NCBI GenBank assembly: GCA_038842485.1
Contig: JAWBSP010000010.1
Span: 1-43,510, forward strand
Reading direction: 5' to 3'
From: Candidatus Hadarchaeales archaeon
GTDB taxonomy: Archaea; Hadarchaeota; Hadarchaeia; Hadarchaeales; JAWBSP01
DNA length: 43,510 nt
Shown: piece after piece, positions 9,347 through 18,400 of the stretch
Numbering within the stretch: the stretch's first letter is position 1
Layout: every line of letters begins with the position of its first letter
Translations under genes and position numbers: made by a program
The notes under the pieces: generated by a model
Seen by the model: only the letters and a program-made list of their open reading frames with translations
Database searches by the model: none
What the model was told of the DNA's origin: nothing

Positions 9347-9751
9347 ATGAGAATGGAAGTTCTCAAGGTCAGAGATATCATGGACAAGAAACCAAGAATT
9401 GTGTCCCCCCACATGCCGATTGAGAGGATCTTCAAGTGTCTCGGAACCGACCCCTGCCTGCTTGTGGTGGAGAGAGGAAAACTGAAGGGGATCATCACCG
9501 AGAGCGATTTCCTGCATGCAGTCTCCGTCCCCACCTACCGGGCGGCGGTGGGTGCCCCCAGGATGAAGTGGAGAGCGAGAACGGCATCGGAACTCATGAC
9601 GCCCCACCCAATCACCGTTTCACCGGACGACAGCTTGAGCGACGCCCTCGAACTCATGCGCAGGAAGAAGCTCCGCCACCTCCCCGTGGTGGAGGGGGAA
9701 AAGGTGGTTGGACTCCTGACCCTCCGCGCCGTCCTGCTCCGGTGCACCTAG
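9347..9751 (+). CDS. CBS-domain pair protein
   Basis: KVRDIM, GIITESD, LRHLPVV..VVGLLT. Confidence 0.9.
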   Translation: MRMEVLKVRDIMDKKPRIVSPHMPIERIFKCLGTDPCLLVVERGKLKGIITESDFLHAVSVPTYRAAVGAPRMKWRARTASELMTPHPITVSPDDSLSDALELMRRKKLRHLPVVEGEKVVGLLTLRAVLLRCT

Positions 9752-9752
9752 G

Positions 9753-10928
9753 ATGTTTTCCCTCCTCGTTGAGCTTGCGGTAATCCTGCTTACTGCCAGA
9801 TTTTTCGGGGAACTCTTCGAAAGGTGGGGGCACCCCTCCGTGGTCGGCGAAATTCTGGGGGGGATAATTCTGGGGCCCCTCGCAGCTGGGCTTGTCGGGG
9901 AGAGGCTGGGAATTCCCCTCTACCTCTCTCCCAAGGGCGCTGGTGCGGAGGTTCTGGAGTTTCTCTCACAGCTGGGCATCCTTCTCCTTCTTTTCTCCGC
10001 TGGACTTGGGATGGGACCGAAATCCTTCAGAAGAGCGGGGGTTCCCGGGATTTCCGTGGCCACCGTTGGTGCCCTCACCGCCTTCGCCTTGGGTTTCGGG
10101 ATTTCCTCGCTCTTCGGCTGGAGCCCGCTCGGGGCCGCCTTCGCGGGAGGGGTTCTGATGGCTACCAGCGTGGGCTTGACCGTCCGAACCCTTTCCGAAA
10201 TTGGGAAGCTGCGCACGAAGGTAGGGGAGGTGATTTTGGATGCCGCCGTGATTGATGACATTTGGGGAATCCTCGTCCTGAGCGTTCTAGCGGCGGTGGC
10301 TACAGGAACCCTCTCAGGATGGGGTCTGCTCAAAACCATCGCCCTGGTGGGAGTCTTCCTCGCCCTGGCCATCCTTTCCATCAGAGTTCTCCCCACTCTG
10401 CTCAACCGGCTCAGAACCGTGAGAACGGAGGAGGCTCCCCTCTCCCTCTGTTTCGGCCTCATGCTCCTCTACTCTGCCCTAGCCCTGAAGGTTGGGCTCG
10501 CCGCCATCACGGGGGCCTTCTTCGCGGGGCTCGCCCTCTCCGAATGGAGGTACGCTAGGAGCGTGGAGGAGAAGCTTCATCCCTTGGGTTACGGTCTGCT
10601 CATCCCTCTGTTTTTCTTCTGGTGCGGGGTCAGGGTGGATCTAGGTGCCCTCGCCCAGACCTCCCTTCTATCCCTTCTCTTCCTGCTGATTGCACTTTTC
10701 GACAAGGTGGTGGGCTGCGGGCTTGGGGCGAGACTCGGCGGGATGAGCTGGAGGGAATCCTTACAGGTGGGGATGGGAATGATGCCCAGAATGGAGGTTG
10801 CCCTCATCTTCGCCAAAATGGGGGTGGACTGCGGGGCAGTGGGACCGCAACTTTTCTCCATGACGGTGCTGGTGGTTCTGTTTACCTCCCTCACCACCCC
10901 CTTCTTGGTGAAGAAAGTTTTCGAATAA
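9753..10928 (+). CDS. Cation:proton antiporter, CPA2 (NapA/KefB-like)
   Basis: Polytopic membrane protein, PSVVGEILGG, ATSVGLT, AAVIDD, GMMPRMEV. Confidence 0.9.
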   Translation: MFSLLVELAVILLTARFFGELFERWGHPSVVGEILGGIILGPLAAGLVGERLGIPLYLSPKGAGAEVLEFLSQLGILLLLFSAGLGMGPKSFRRAGVPGISVATVGALTAFALGFGISSLFGWSPLGAAFAGGVLMATSVGLTVRTLSEIGKLRTKVGEVILDAAVIDDIWGILVLSVLAAVATGTLSGWGLLKTIALVGVFLALAILSIRVLPTLLNRLRTVRTEEAPLSLCFGLMLLYSALALKVGLAAITGAFFAGLALSEWRYARSVEEKLHPLGYGLLIPLFFFWCGVRVDLGALAQTSLLSLLFLLIALFDKVVGCGLGARLGGMSWRESLQVGMGMMPRMEVALIFAKMGVDCGAVGPQLFSMTVLVVLFTSLTTPFLVKKVFE

Positions 10929-10943
10929 CCGCAACCACCGTTG

Positions 10944-10966
10944 GAAAACCGGCGAGGTTTTCTTTT
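10944..10966 (+). terminator. Hairpin plus T tract downstream of the antiporter gene
   Basis: GAAAACC-ggcga-GGTTTTC followed by TTTT. Confidence 0.3.
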
Positions 10967-10985
10967 GTAAAAACAATTTTTATGT

Positions 10986-11059
10986 GCCTCGGTAGCTCAG
11001 CCGGTTAGAGCGCGCGCTTGGTAAGCGCGAGGTCGCGGGTTCAATTCCCGCCCGAGGCT
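10986..11059 (+). tRNA. tRNA-Thr(GGT)
   Basis: Acceptor GCCTCGG/CCGAGGC, anticodon arm CGCGC-TTGGTAA-GCGCG, T arm GCGGG-TTCAATT-CCCGC; no intron, CCA not encoded. Confidence 0.96.
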
Positions 11060-11090
11060 CCCGCTTTTGGAACCCAATCCATTCTTATCG

Positions 11091-13361
11091 ATGTCCGAGG
11101 CCGCAAGAATCACCATCAGGGGCGTGGTTCAGGGAGTTGGTTTCAGGCCCTACTGTTACCGCCTCTCCAGAGAGCTGGGACTGGCCGGTTACGTCAGGAA
11201 CCTCGGGGATGCGAGCGTCGAGGTTTACGTCGAGGGATTTGGGCTCGAAAGGTTTATAGAACTCTTGCGTTCCGCCCCTCCCCCCGCTAAAGTTGAGGAA
11301 ATCAAGGTGGAAAGGGTCAGGCCGCTTGGCTTGTCGGATTTTAAAATCTTGGAAAGCGTCCCGGAAGCCGGCAGTTTCTGCCCCCCTCCGCCAGATCTCG
11401 CAACATGTGAGGAGTGCCTGCGTGAGCTGCTGAACCCGAAAAACAGGAGGTACCTGTATCCCTTCATAACCTGCATGCACTGCGGCCCTAGGTTCACCAT
11501 CCTCCTCTCCCTGCCCTACGACAGGAAGTACACTACCATGCGGGAATTCCCGCTCTGCCAGTTCTGTGAGCACGAATACAATTCCCCAGAAGATAGAAGG
11601 TTCAGAGCCGAGCCCAACTGCTGCCCCAGCTGTGGTCCGAGGGTGAGGCTTTACGACGGGGAAGGGAGGGCGCTCGGTGTGAAGAATCCGATTTCTGAGG
11701 CCGCCAAGCTCTTGGACGAGGGACGCATCGTCACCATCAAGGGTATCGGCGGCACACATCTGGCGGTGAAAGCCAGCGAGGACGGACCGATCCGGAGACT
11801 CAGAGAGCTGTACAGGCGCCCGCAGCAGCCCTACCCCGTGATGTCCAGAGATCTGGAGAGGGTGAGGGAGTTCGCCGAGGTCGGGAGGGCGGAGGCCGAG
11901 CTGCTGCTCTCTCCGGCCAGACCCATAGTGGCCCTGAGGAAGAGGGAGAACTTTCCCCTTTCAGGGCTCCTCTCACCCGGACTGGACACGGTGGGCGTCA
12001 TGTTGCCATACAGCGGTCTGCACCATCTCCTCCTGAGCTACGGGAGGGAGCTCGCGTACGTCCTGACAAGCGCCAATCTGCCCGGAATGCCCATGTGCAC
12101 ACGGAACGAGCAGGTCTTCAGGCTGGAGGCCGACTACCATCTCCTTCACAACCGAAGGATCGAGAACCGGTGCGACGACTCGGTGTTGAGGCTGACCGCC
12201 GGGAAACCGGTTTTCCTGAGGAGATCCAGAGGGTACGTCCCGATCCCCATCCCAATGGGAAGTGCTGGGGAGCTGAGGATACTCGCGGTGGGGGCCGAGC
12301 TTAGCCTCACCTTCTCACTGCTGAAGGACCGCCAGTGCTTTCCGAGCCAGCACATCGGCGACCTCACTAAGCTGGAGGTCCTCGAATACCTGCGCGACGC
12401 CATCGCGAAGTGGAGGAGGCTCCTCAAGGTTGAGAGGCTTGATGCGGTTGCCTGCGACCTCCATCCGCAGCTCCTGTCAACAGGGGAGGCTGAGAGGATT
12501 GCGAGGGAGGAGGGTTGCAGGCTCATTCGCGTCCAACACCACCACGCTCACCTAGCGTCGGTCATGGCGGAGGCGGGGCTGGAAAGCCTGATCGGGATCT
12601 CAGCGGATGGGGTGGGTTACGGGGAGGATGGAACAGTCTGGGGGGGTGAGGTCATGCTGGTGGAGGGTGGCAGGTTTGAGAGGCTCGGGTACCTGAGTCC
12701 AAGACCCATGCCTGGGGGGGACCTTGCAACCGTTTTTCCAGCCCGAATGGTGGCCGGCGTACTTTGGGGGATTCTTTCTCAGGCCGAAATCGAGGAACTG
12801 CTGGTAAGGCTCGGCACGAAACCAGAGGAGGCTGAAATGATAGTCAAGCAGCTGGAAACGGGGGTGAACGTCTTCCAAACCTCCAGCTGTGGAAGGTTGC
12901 TGGATGCCCTCTCCTGTGTCCTTGGGATATGTGACAGGCGAACATACGAGGGCGAACCTGCGATGAAGCTCGAGGCAGCCGCGAGGGGGGGGAGAATTGA
13001 CTGCCTCACTTCAGAGCCTTGGGACTTTATACGCGGTAACCTCATCGAGAGCCCGGCCATCCTGCTTGAGGTGCTCGAGGGCATGAAGAGGAATATAGGA
13101 AGGAAACACCTTGCGGCATGGGCTCAAAACCTGATTGGGGAATGTCTCGCGCTCCTAGCGGTGGAGGAAGCGAAAAGAAGGGGGATAGAGGTTGTTGGGG
13201 GTTCCGGCGGTGTGTTCTACAACGATTTCATCACGGCCTCGGCGGAGAAGATGGTGGGGGAAAACGGACTAAAATTTCTGACAAACAGGCTCCTCCCGCA
13301 GGGGGACGGGGGAATTTCGGCAGGCCAGATCTATGTCGCCATCCACCGTTTCGAGCTCTGA
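11091..13361 (+). CDS. hypF: Hydrogenase maturation carbamoyltransferase HypF
   Basis: GVVQGVGFRP acylphosphatase domain, Zn fingers, KGIGG, DLHP, QHHHAH, DGVGYG, GDGGISAGQ. Confidence 0.96.
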   Translation: MSEAARITIRGVVQGVGFRPYCYRLSRELGLAGYVRNLGDASVEVYVEGFGLERFIELLRSAPPPAKVEEIKVERVRPLGLSDFKILESVPEAGSFCPPPPDLATCEECLRELLNPKNRRYLYPFITCMHCGPRFTILLSLPYDRKYTTMREFPLCQFCEHEYNSPEDRRFRAEPNCCPSCGPRVRLYDGEGRALGVKNPISEAAKLLDEGRIVTIKGIGGTHLAVKASEDGPIRRLRELYRRPQQPYPVMSRDLERVREFAEVGRAEAELLLSPARPIVALRKRENFPLSGLLSPGLDTVGVMLPYSGLHHLLLSYGRELAYVLTSANLPGMPMCTRNEQVFRLEADYHLLHNRRIENRCDDSVLRLTAGKPVFLRRSRGYVPIPIPMGSAGELRILAVGAELSLTFSLLKDRQCFPSQHIGDLTKLEVLEYLRDAIAKWRRLLKVERLDAVACDLHPQLLSTGEAERIAREEGCRLIRVQHHHAHLASVMAEAGLESLIGISADGVGYGEDGTVWGGEVMLVEGGRFERLGYLSPRPMPGGDLATVFPARMVAGVLWGILSQAEIEELLVRLGTKPEEAEMIVKQLETGVNVFQTSSCGRLLDALSCVLGICDRRTYEGEPAMKLEAAARGGRIDCLTSEPWDFIRGNLIESPAILLEVLEGMKRNIGRKHLAAWAQNLIGECLALLAVEEAKRRGIEVVGGSGGVFYNDFITASAEKMVGENGLKFLTNRLLPQGDGGISAGQIYVAIHRFEL

Positions 13362-14448
13362 GGCGGAAAAAGAGGCGGTCTGCTCCTGCCTCCTCACCTT
13401 TCAGTCCAGGGCGGCCCTGACCCTTTCCTCCCTCCTCATCCCCCTCCTAGCACAGGAGCTCAACCTCTCCTACTTCCAGCTCGGGTTAGTGGTCATGAGT
13501 TATGGGCTGGCCATGGCCGCCTCCAACTTTCTGTTTGGCAGGCTCTCCGACCTGCGGGGGAAGAGACTTCCCTTCATTAAGCTGGGTTTCGCCCTTGCCT
13601 TCCCCGCGTTCCTCCTCCAGCTCCTCATGAAAGGGTTCGGTTCGATGCTTCTCGTGAGAACCGCAGCCGGCTTCTGTGCGGGTGTAGCGGCGTCCCCTTT
13701 AATAGCCCATCTCTCGGAACTTCCCCACTATAGAGAAAAGGTGTGGCTTTTCTCGGGATTCACCTCTCTTGGCTGGACGGTGGGGTATATTGGCGCCGGG
13801 CTCGTCCCCGACTACTGGATGGCCTTCCTTCTCTCGTCCGTCCTCTTCCTCCTCGCCTTTCTCCTCGCCTTCCGCCTCTCCGAAACTGAGGTGAAGAGAA
13901 CCGCCCCCTCCCCTCGGAATCTTCTAAAACAGAACTACCCGCTGTATACATGCTACCTGCTCAGGCATGTAGGAGCCCAAGCAGTCTGGACGATCTTTCC
14001 CGTTTACCTGCTTCAACTTGGGGCGAGCAGGGGCTGGATAGGCGGTCTTCACGCGCTCAACTGCGGCATGCAGTTCGTTTTCATGAGCCTGCTCAGCACG
14101 AGAGGGGAGACGCTCAACGATAAAAAACTCGTGAGAATCGGGCTCCTGCTTTCGGCCTTCGTCTTCCTCTTCTACTCCCTCGCCACCTCCTATCTCCACA
14201 TCCTTCCCTGCCAGTTCGTGCTGGCCATGGCATGGAGCACCCTGTACGTGGGGTCCCTCCTGTACCTCCTGAGGAAGAACGTAGAAAAGGCCACATCCGC
14301 TGGATTGCTTGAATCCACCATAAATGTGGCAGGCGTGGTTGGACCCTTCTTGGGGGGCGTGATAGCAGAGCTCTGGGGAATGAGGGCCTCCATGCTCATC
14401 GCCTGCGGGCTAAGTCTAGCGGCTACTGCTCTGTCCAGCAAGTTGTAA
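13333..14448 (+). CDS. MFS transporter
   Basis: GRLSDLRGKR motif A; about 12 hydrophobic segments. Confidence 0.85.
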   Translation: MSPSTVSSSEAEKEAVCSCLLTFQSRAALTLSSLLIPLLAQELNLSYFQLGLVVMSYGLAMAASNFLFGRLSDLRGKRLPFIKLGFALAFPAFLLQLLMKGFGSMLLVRTAAGFCAGVAASPLIAHLSELPHYREKVWLFSGFTSLGWTVGYIGAGLVPDYWMAFLLSSVLFLLAFLLAFRLSETEVKRTAPSPRNLLKQNYPLYTCYLLRHVGAQAVWTIFPVYLLQLGASRGWIGGLHALNCGMQFVFMSLLSTRGETLNDKKLVRIGLLLSAFVFLFYSLATSYLHILPCQFVLAMAWSTLYVGSLLYLLRKNVEKATSAGLLESTINVAGVVGPFLGGVIAELWGMRASMLIACGLSLAATALSSKL

Positions 14449-14476
14449 CCTCAATAACCCCGGCGCGGAAAAGGAA

Positions 14477-14848
14477 ATGCACGAGTGGATACTCGCGGAG
14501 GGTGTGTTAAGGGCCGTGCGGACAACATCGAAGCCTCCACACAAGTTCAGAGTCAGAATCGGGGAGCTGAGGCAGGTCAACCTAGAAATCTTCCGGCATG
14601 CGTTGAGGGAGCTCTCAAAAGGGACCGAGCTCGAGGGGATGGAGGTGGAAATAGAGGTTGAGAGAGCGAGCATAAAGTGCGAGGACTGCGGCTATGAGTT
14701 CGGGTTAGATCAGATGCCCCTGAGCGAGGGGGAAAAGGAGTGCATCCACTTCTTTCCCTCCACCCTGAGGTCCTTCGGCTGCCCGCGGTGCAGGTCGGTC
14801 AGACTCAGAATTTCGGGGGGAAGGGAGTTCGAGGTGGAACCAGCTTGA
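14477..14848 (+). CDS. hypA: Hydrogenase nickel chaperone HypA (Thermococcales-type with HFxP insert)
   Basis: MHE N-terminus, IGEL, CEDC..CPRC Zn site, HFFP, GGRE. Confidence 0.92.
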   Translation: MHEWILAEGVLRAVRTTSKPPHKFRVRIGELRQVNLEIFRHALRELSKGTELEGMEVEIEVERASIKCEDCGYEFGLDQMPLSEGEKECIHFFPSTLRSFGCPRCRSVRLRISGGREFEVEPA

Positions 14849-15546
14849 ACCCGCTGCAGGCTCTGATCGAGAGGAACCTGGGGGGGATTGAGTCTATCGT
14901 CTGCTTCGCCAGCGGGAAGGGCGGGGTGGGCAAGAGCATCCTCTCCTCCGCCTGTGCCCTCCTGCTCGCGCGGAATGGGAAGAGGGTGGGGTTGCTGGAT
15001 CTGGACCTCCACGGTCCCTCCATCCCCCACATTCTGGGGCTGTCCCTCTCCCCCGTTGAGGATCGAGGAATCCTCCCTCCGGAACACAGGGGGGTCAAGG
15101 TTCTCTCCCTGGAGTTTTTCACGAGAAGGGCCTGCCCGATGTTGGGTACGGAAATCCAAGAAACGCTGAGAGAGATTTTCTCCATCACAAGATGGGGGGA
15201 GCTGGACCACCTGCTTGTGGATCTTCCGCCGGGCATGGGGGAGGAACTTCTGGAAATCTTGGGCCTTGGACCCAAGTTCCTGGTCATTACCACCCCCTCC
15301 AGCTTGGTTTGGCATACAGCCCGGAAGCTCTTGGATCTTCTGCTACGCTCTGGGGCTGAGGTGCTTGGAGTGGTGGAAAATATGGTTTCGGGGGAGCCCT
15401 CCACGAAAACCGAGGTGGAGCGGATGGGTCTCAAACACGTCTCAATCGGTTTCGACCCTCAAGTGGAGGAAAGAATGGGTGGGGACTTCCCACCGCCCGG
15501 TCTTTCAAGAGATGTGGAAAAAATGATCCGGGAAATGGGAATATGA
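14845..15546 (+). CDS. hypB: Mrp/MinD-family ATPase, probable ATPase-type HypB
   Basis: SGKGGVGKS, LDLDLHGPS, WGELDHLLVDLPPG, ENM; TTG start overlaps the hypA stop; hypA-adjacent as in Thermococcus. Confidence 0.75.
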   Translation: MNPLQALIERNLGGIESIVCFASGKGGVGKSILSSACALLLARNGKRVGLLDLDLHGPSIPHILGLSLSPVEDRGILPPEHRGVKVLSLEFFTRRACPMLGTEIQETLREIFSITRWGELDHLLVDLPPGMGEELLEILGLGPKFLVITTPSSLVWHTARKLLDLLLRSGAEVLGVVENMVSGEPSTKTEVERMGLKHVSIGFDPQVEERMGGDFPPPGLSRDVEKMIREMGI

Positions 15547-16028
15547 TCAGGCTGGAAAAGGAGGAAAAAGTTGCGGTGCTGGGGATCGGAAACGAGTTCA
15601 GAGGAGACGATGCCGCTGGACTCCTGGTTGCGAGGAAACTTGCTCCCCTTTCAGGAGAGCGCGTTCTGGTGCTGGAGGGTGGCTGCTCGCCGGAAAATTT
15701 CACCGGTGCGCTGAGGAGGTTCTCGCCCTCCCTCGTGCTCATGATCGATTGCTTAGACTTCGGCGGGAAACCTGGCGGAATCCACCTGTTGGACGCCTCA
15801 AAAATTCGTGGGTCGACCTTTTCCACCCACAACCCCTCTCTCGCCCTACTCGCAGAATACCTGAAGAGGGAGTTGGGAACAAAAGTGCTGCTGATTGGCA
15901 TTCAGCCTAAGCAGCTCTCCGGAGCGCCGAGCGGCGAGGTGCTCCACGCGGTCGATAAGGTAGCATCCCTGCTGGAAGGTGCCCTGCGGATCCTCGAGAC
16001 CTCCTTTCCCCACGGGCCTTCCACTTGA
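15543..16028 (+). CDS. hycI: Hydrogenase maturation endopeptidase HycI
   Basis: LGIGNEFRGDDAAG, PEN, STH motifs. Confidence 0.92.
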   Translation: MIRLEKEEKVAVLGIGNEFRGDDAAGLLVARKLAPLSGERVLVLEGGCSPENFTGALRRFSPSLVLMIDCLDFGGKPGGIHLLDASKIRGSTFSTHNPSLALLAEYLKRELGTKVLLIGIQPKQLSGAPSGEVLHAVDKVASLLEGALRILETSFPHGPST

Positions 16029-16034
16029 AGAAAC

Positions 16035-16508
16035 TCATGCCCTAGTGGGCGGAAGAACGCAGAAAACGAGCTGGCGGCGCGTATCGGCCAGCTTCTTGGC
16101 GATAAGTTCAGCCACTTTCTGCATCACCTTGAAACCGCGCTTGGGATCCTTCTCCAGCAGGGAAAGCAGCCGAGAGGCCTCAATGGTAATCAATTTTGTC
16201 CTTTCTAAACACGTGCCAACGGTTGTGTAGGTCTTTGATGGGAGGAGCGCGGGGTAGCCGAAGAAGTTCCCCGCCCCAAGCACATAAACCCCGATTCGCT
16301 CGGTTGGAGTGATCTCAATCTCGATTGAGACCCTCCCCTTTTCGATGAGGTATATCTTTTCGGCCCGGTCCCCGGGTTTGAAGAGGACGTGACCGGCCTC
16401 ATACTCCTCCTCTTGGGCTATGGCGGCAATATCCTGCAGCTCCTGAAAGCTAAGGTGCTCGAACAGGTCGGTAACCCTCAACCGCTCCGGCTGCACCGGC
16501 ATCCACAT
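16035..16508 (-). CDS. Stand-alone cyclic nucleotide-binding (Crp-type sensor) domain protein
   Basis: LFEHLS, LFKPGD..YLIEKGRV, GNFFG; no C-terminal HTH. Confidence 0.85.
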   Translation of the reverse strand: MWMPVQPERLRVTDLFEHLSFQELQDIAAIAQEEEYEAGHVLFKPGDRAEKIYLIEKGRVSIEIEITPTERIGVYVLGAGNFFGYPALLPSKTYTTVGTCLERTKLITIEASRLLSLLEKDPKRGFKVMQKVAELIAKKLADTRRQLVFCVLPPTRA

Positions 16509-16578
16509 GATTTTGCCATATTATTTAACCTGAAGCAAAAATCCGGGCTTAGTAGATTTTTTATAAACAGGTCAACAG

Positions 16579-17577
16579 ATGATGCGGGAATCTCTCTTCC
16601 TCCCAAGAAGGAACCTTCCGCGTGCACTGAAAAAACTAGCGGAAACTTCCACCCTTTATGCCCCCGTCAAAACTTGGGAGGGGGTGACGCTGGAACCCGT
16701 CAGGGGGGAAACGGAGAGGGTGACCTTCGAAAAGCGGCTACCCTCCGTAAAACCGCTCTTTCTGCCTCCCGTTGAGGGATTGATAAAGTACTCCATGAAC
16801 CCGCTCAGCCTTGAGAGCACTTTCTGGGAAAGCCCCTTTATCCTGCTGGGGGCAAGAGCTTGCGACCTCAATGCCTTGGTAATCTTGGACAAGGTCTTCT
16901 TGGAGGAGCCGGTTGATGAGCACTACCGGAGGAGGAGGGAGGCTGCAACGCTCATCAGCCTGGACTGCTTGGAACCCGAGGAGGCGTGCTTCTGCACGAG
17001 GTTGGGTTATCACCCCTACCCCACCAGTGGCTTCGACCTCAACATGAGCCAGCTGGAAGAGGGAATGCTCTTGGAGGCCGGGAGTGAAAAGGGTTCCAAG
17101 ATTTTGCAGCTGCTCACCGAGTTCACGGAAAATACCACGCCAGCTATGCTGGAGGAGAGGGAGAGAAACCGGAAGAGAATCGAGGGAAAAATGGAGGGGA
17201 GAAAACTTGAGAGGCTGGAGAAGGTGGGGGAGCTGAAAGAAGAATACTGGAAGCGATATGCCCTCAAGTGCGTGGAGTGCTCAGCCTGCATAAACATCTG
17301 CCCCACCTGCTACTGCTTCAGCTTGGCGGAGGAGAAACTTCAGGAACACTTTTTGAGGCTCAGGTATTGGGAGCCATGCCTGAAGGAAGGATACCAGAAG
17401 GTTGCGGCGGGTGTGAACCCCAGACCGGAACTCCACTCAAGACTTGCCAACCGAATCCTGCACAAGTTCGCGTACTTCCCCGAGAAATATGGTACCTATG
17501 CCTGCACGGGATGCGGCAGGTGCGTGGAAGCGTGCTTGGGAAAGATAGATGTGAGGGAGCCGCTGGAACATGAGTAG
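16579..17577 (+). CDS. HydB/AsrA-like Fe-S subunit
   Basis: GARACDL, CFC, CVECSACINICPTCYCF, CTGCGRCVEAC. Confidence 0.92.
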   Translation: MMRESLFLPRRNLPRALKKLAETSTLYAPVKTWEGVTLEPVRGETERVTFEKRLPSVKPLFLPPVEGLIKYSMNPLSLESTFWESPFILLGARACDLNALVILDKVFLEEPVDEHYRRRREAATLISLDCLEPEEACFCTRLGYHPYPTSGFDLNMSQLEEGMLLEAGSEKGSKILQLLTEFTENTTPAMLEERERNRKRIEGKMEGRKLERLEKVGELKEEYWKRYALKCVECSACINICPTCYCFSLAEEKLQEHFLRLRYWEPCLKEGYQKVAAGVNPRPELHSRLANRILHKFAYFPEKYGTYACTGCGRCVEACLGKIDVREPLEHE

Positions 17578-18400
17578 CCCCTACCTGCCCCAGCCGGCCA
17601 GAATTCTGGAGGTCATCGATGAGACCCCAAACATAAAAACTTTCGTGCTGGAACCCGAGAAAAAATTCGAGTTCAGTCCCGGCCAATTCCTCGAGCTGAC
17701 CGCCTTCGGGGTGGGAGAGGCACCCTTCGCCATCTCTTCCCCACCTCACGGCGAGAGGCTTGAGATGACCGTGATGAGGACCTTCGACCCCAGCCTAGGA
17801 ACCTACGGAAGGGTTACTTCGGCGCTCCATCGCATGGGGGCTGGCGAGGTGCTCGGAATCAGGGGACCTTACGGGAATTCCTACCCCGTGAAGGAATCTG
17901 AGGGAAAAGACATCCTGATTGTGGGAGGGGGAATCGGACTTTCAACTCTCCGCTCTTACCTCCTGACGCTTTTGCATGAGAGGGAAAAGTACGGAAGGAT
18001 CTTGCTTTTTTACGGGGCGAGAACGCCGGCTGACCTTGTCTTCAAAAGGGAGTACGAGGAGTGGAAGAGGAGAGGCGCGGAAGTGCATCTATCGGTGGAT
18101 GTGGGAACTCCGGGGTGGACTGGAAATGTGGGAGTGGTTACCACACTCTTCGACAGGGTGAAACTGGATTTCCGGAGAGAGCTAGCGGTTGTGTGCGGGC
18201 CTCCCATCATGATCAGGTTCACCGTCGAAAGGCTCCTTCAGGTGGGTTACGAACCGCCAAACATATACGTCTCACTGGAGCGGAAAATGAGGTGCGGAAT
18301 AGGAAAGTGCGGACACTGTAACATAGAGAAATACTACGTTTGCAAGGATGGCCCGATTTTCTCCTTCGAAAAACTAAAAGGGATTCCCGAGTGGTGGTGA
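17570..18400 (+). CDS. HydG/AsrB-like FAD/NAD(P)-binding [2Fe-2S] subunit
   Basis: PGQF, GEAPFAISS, RGPYGN, GGGIG, CGPPIM, ERKMRCGIGKCGHC..CKDGP. Confidence 0.93.
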   Translation: MSSPYLPQPARILEVIDETPNIKTFVLEPEKKFEFSPGQFLELTAFGVGEAPFAISSPPHGERLEMTVMRTFDPSLGTYGRVTSALHRMGAGEVLGIRGPYGNSYPVKESEGKDILIVGGGIGLSTLRSYLLTLLHEREKYGRILLFYGARTPADLVFKREYEEWKRRGAEVHLSVDVGTPGWTGNVGVVTTLFDRVKLDFRRELAVVCGPPIMIRFTVERLLQVGYEPPNIYVSLERKMRCGIGKCGHCNIEKYYVCKDGPIFSFEKLKGIPEWW

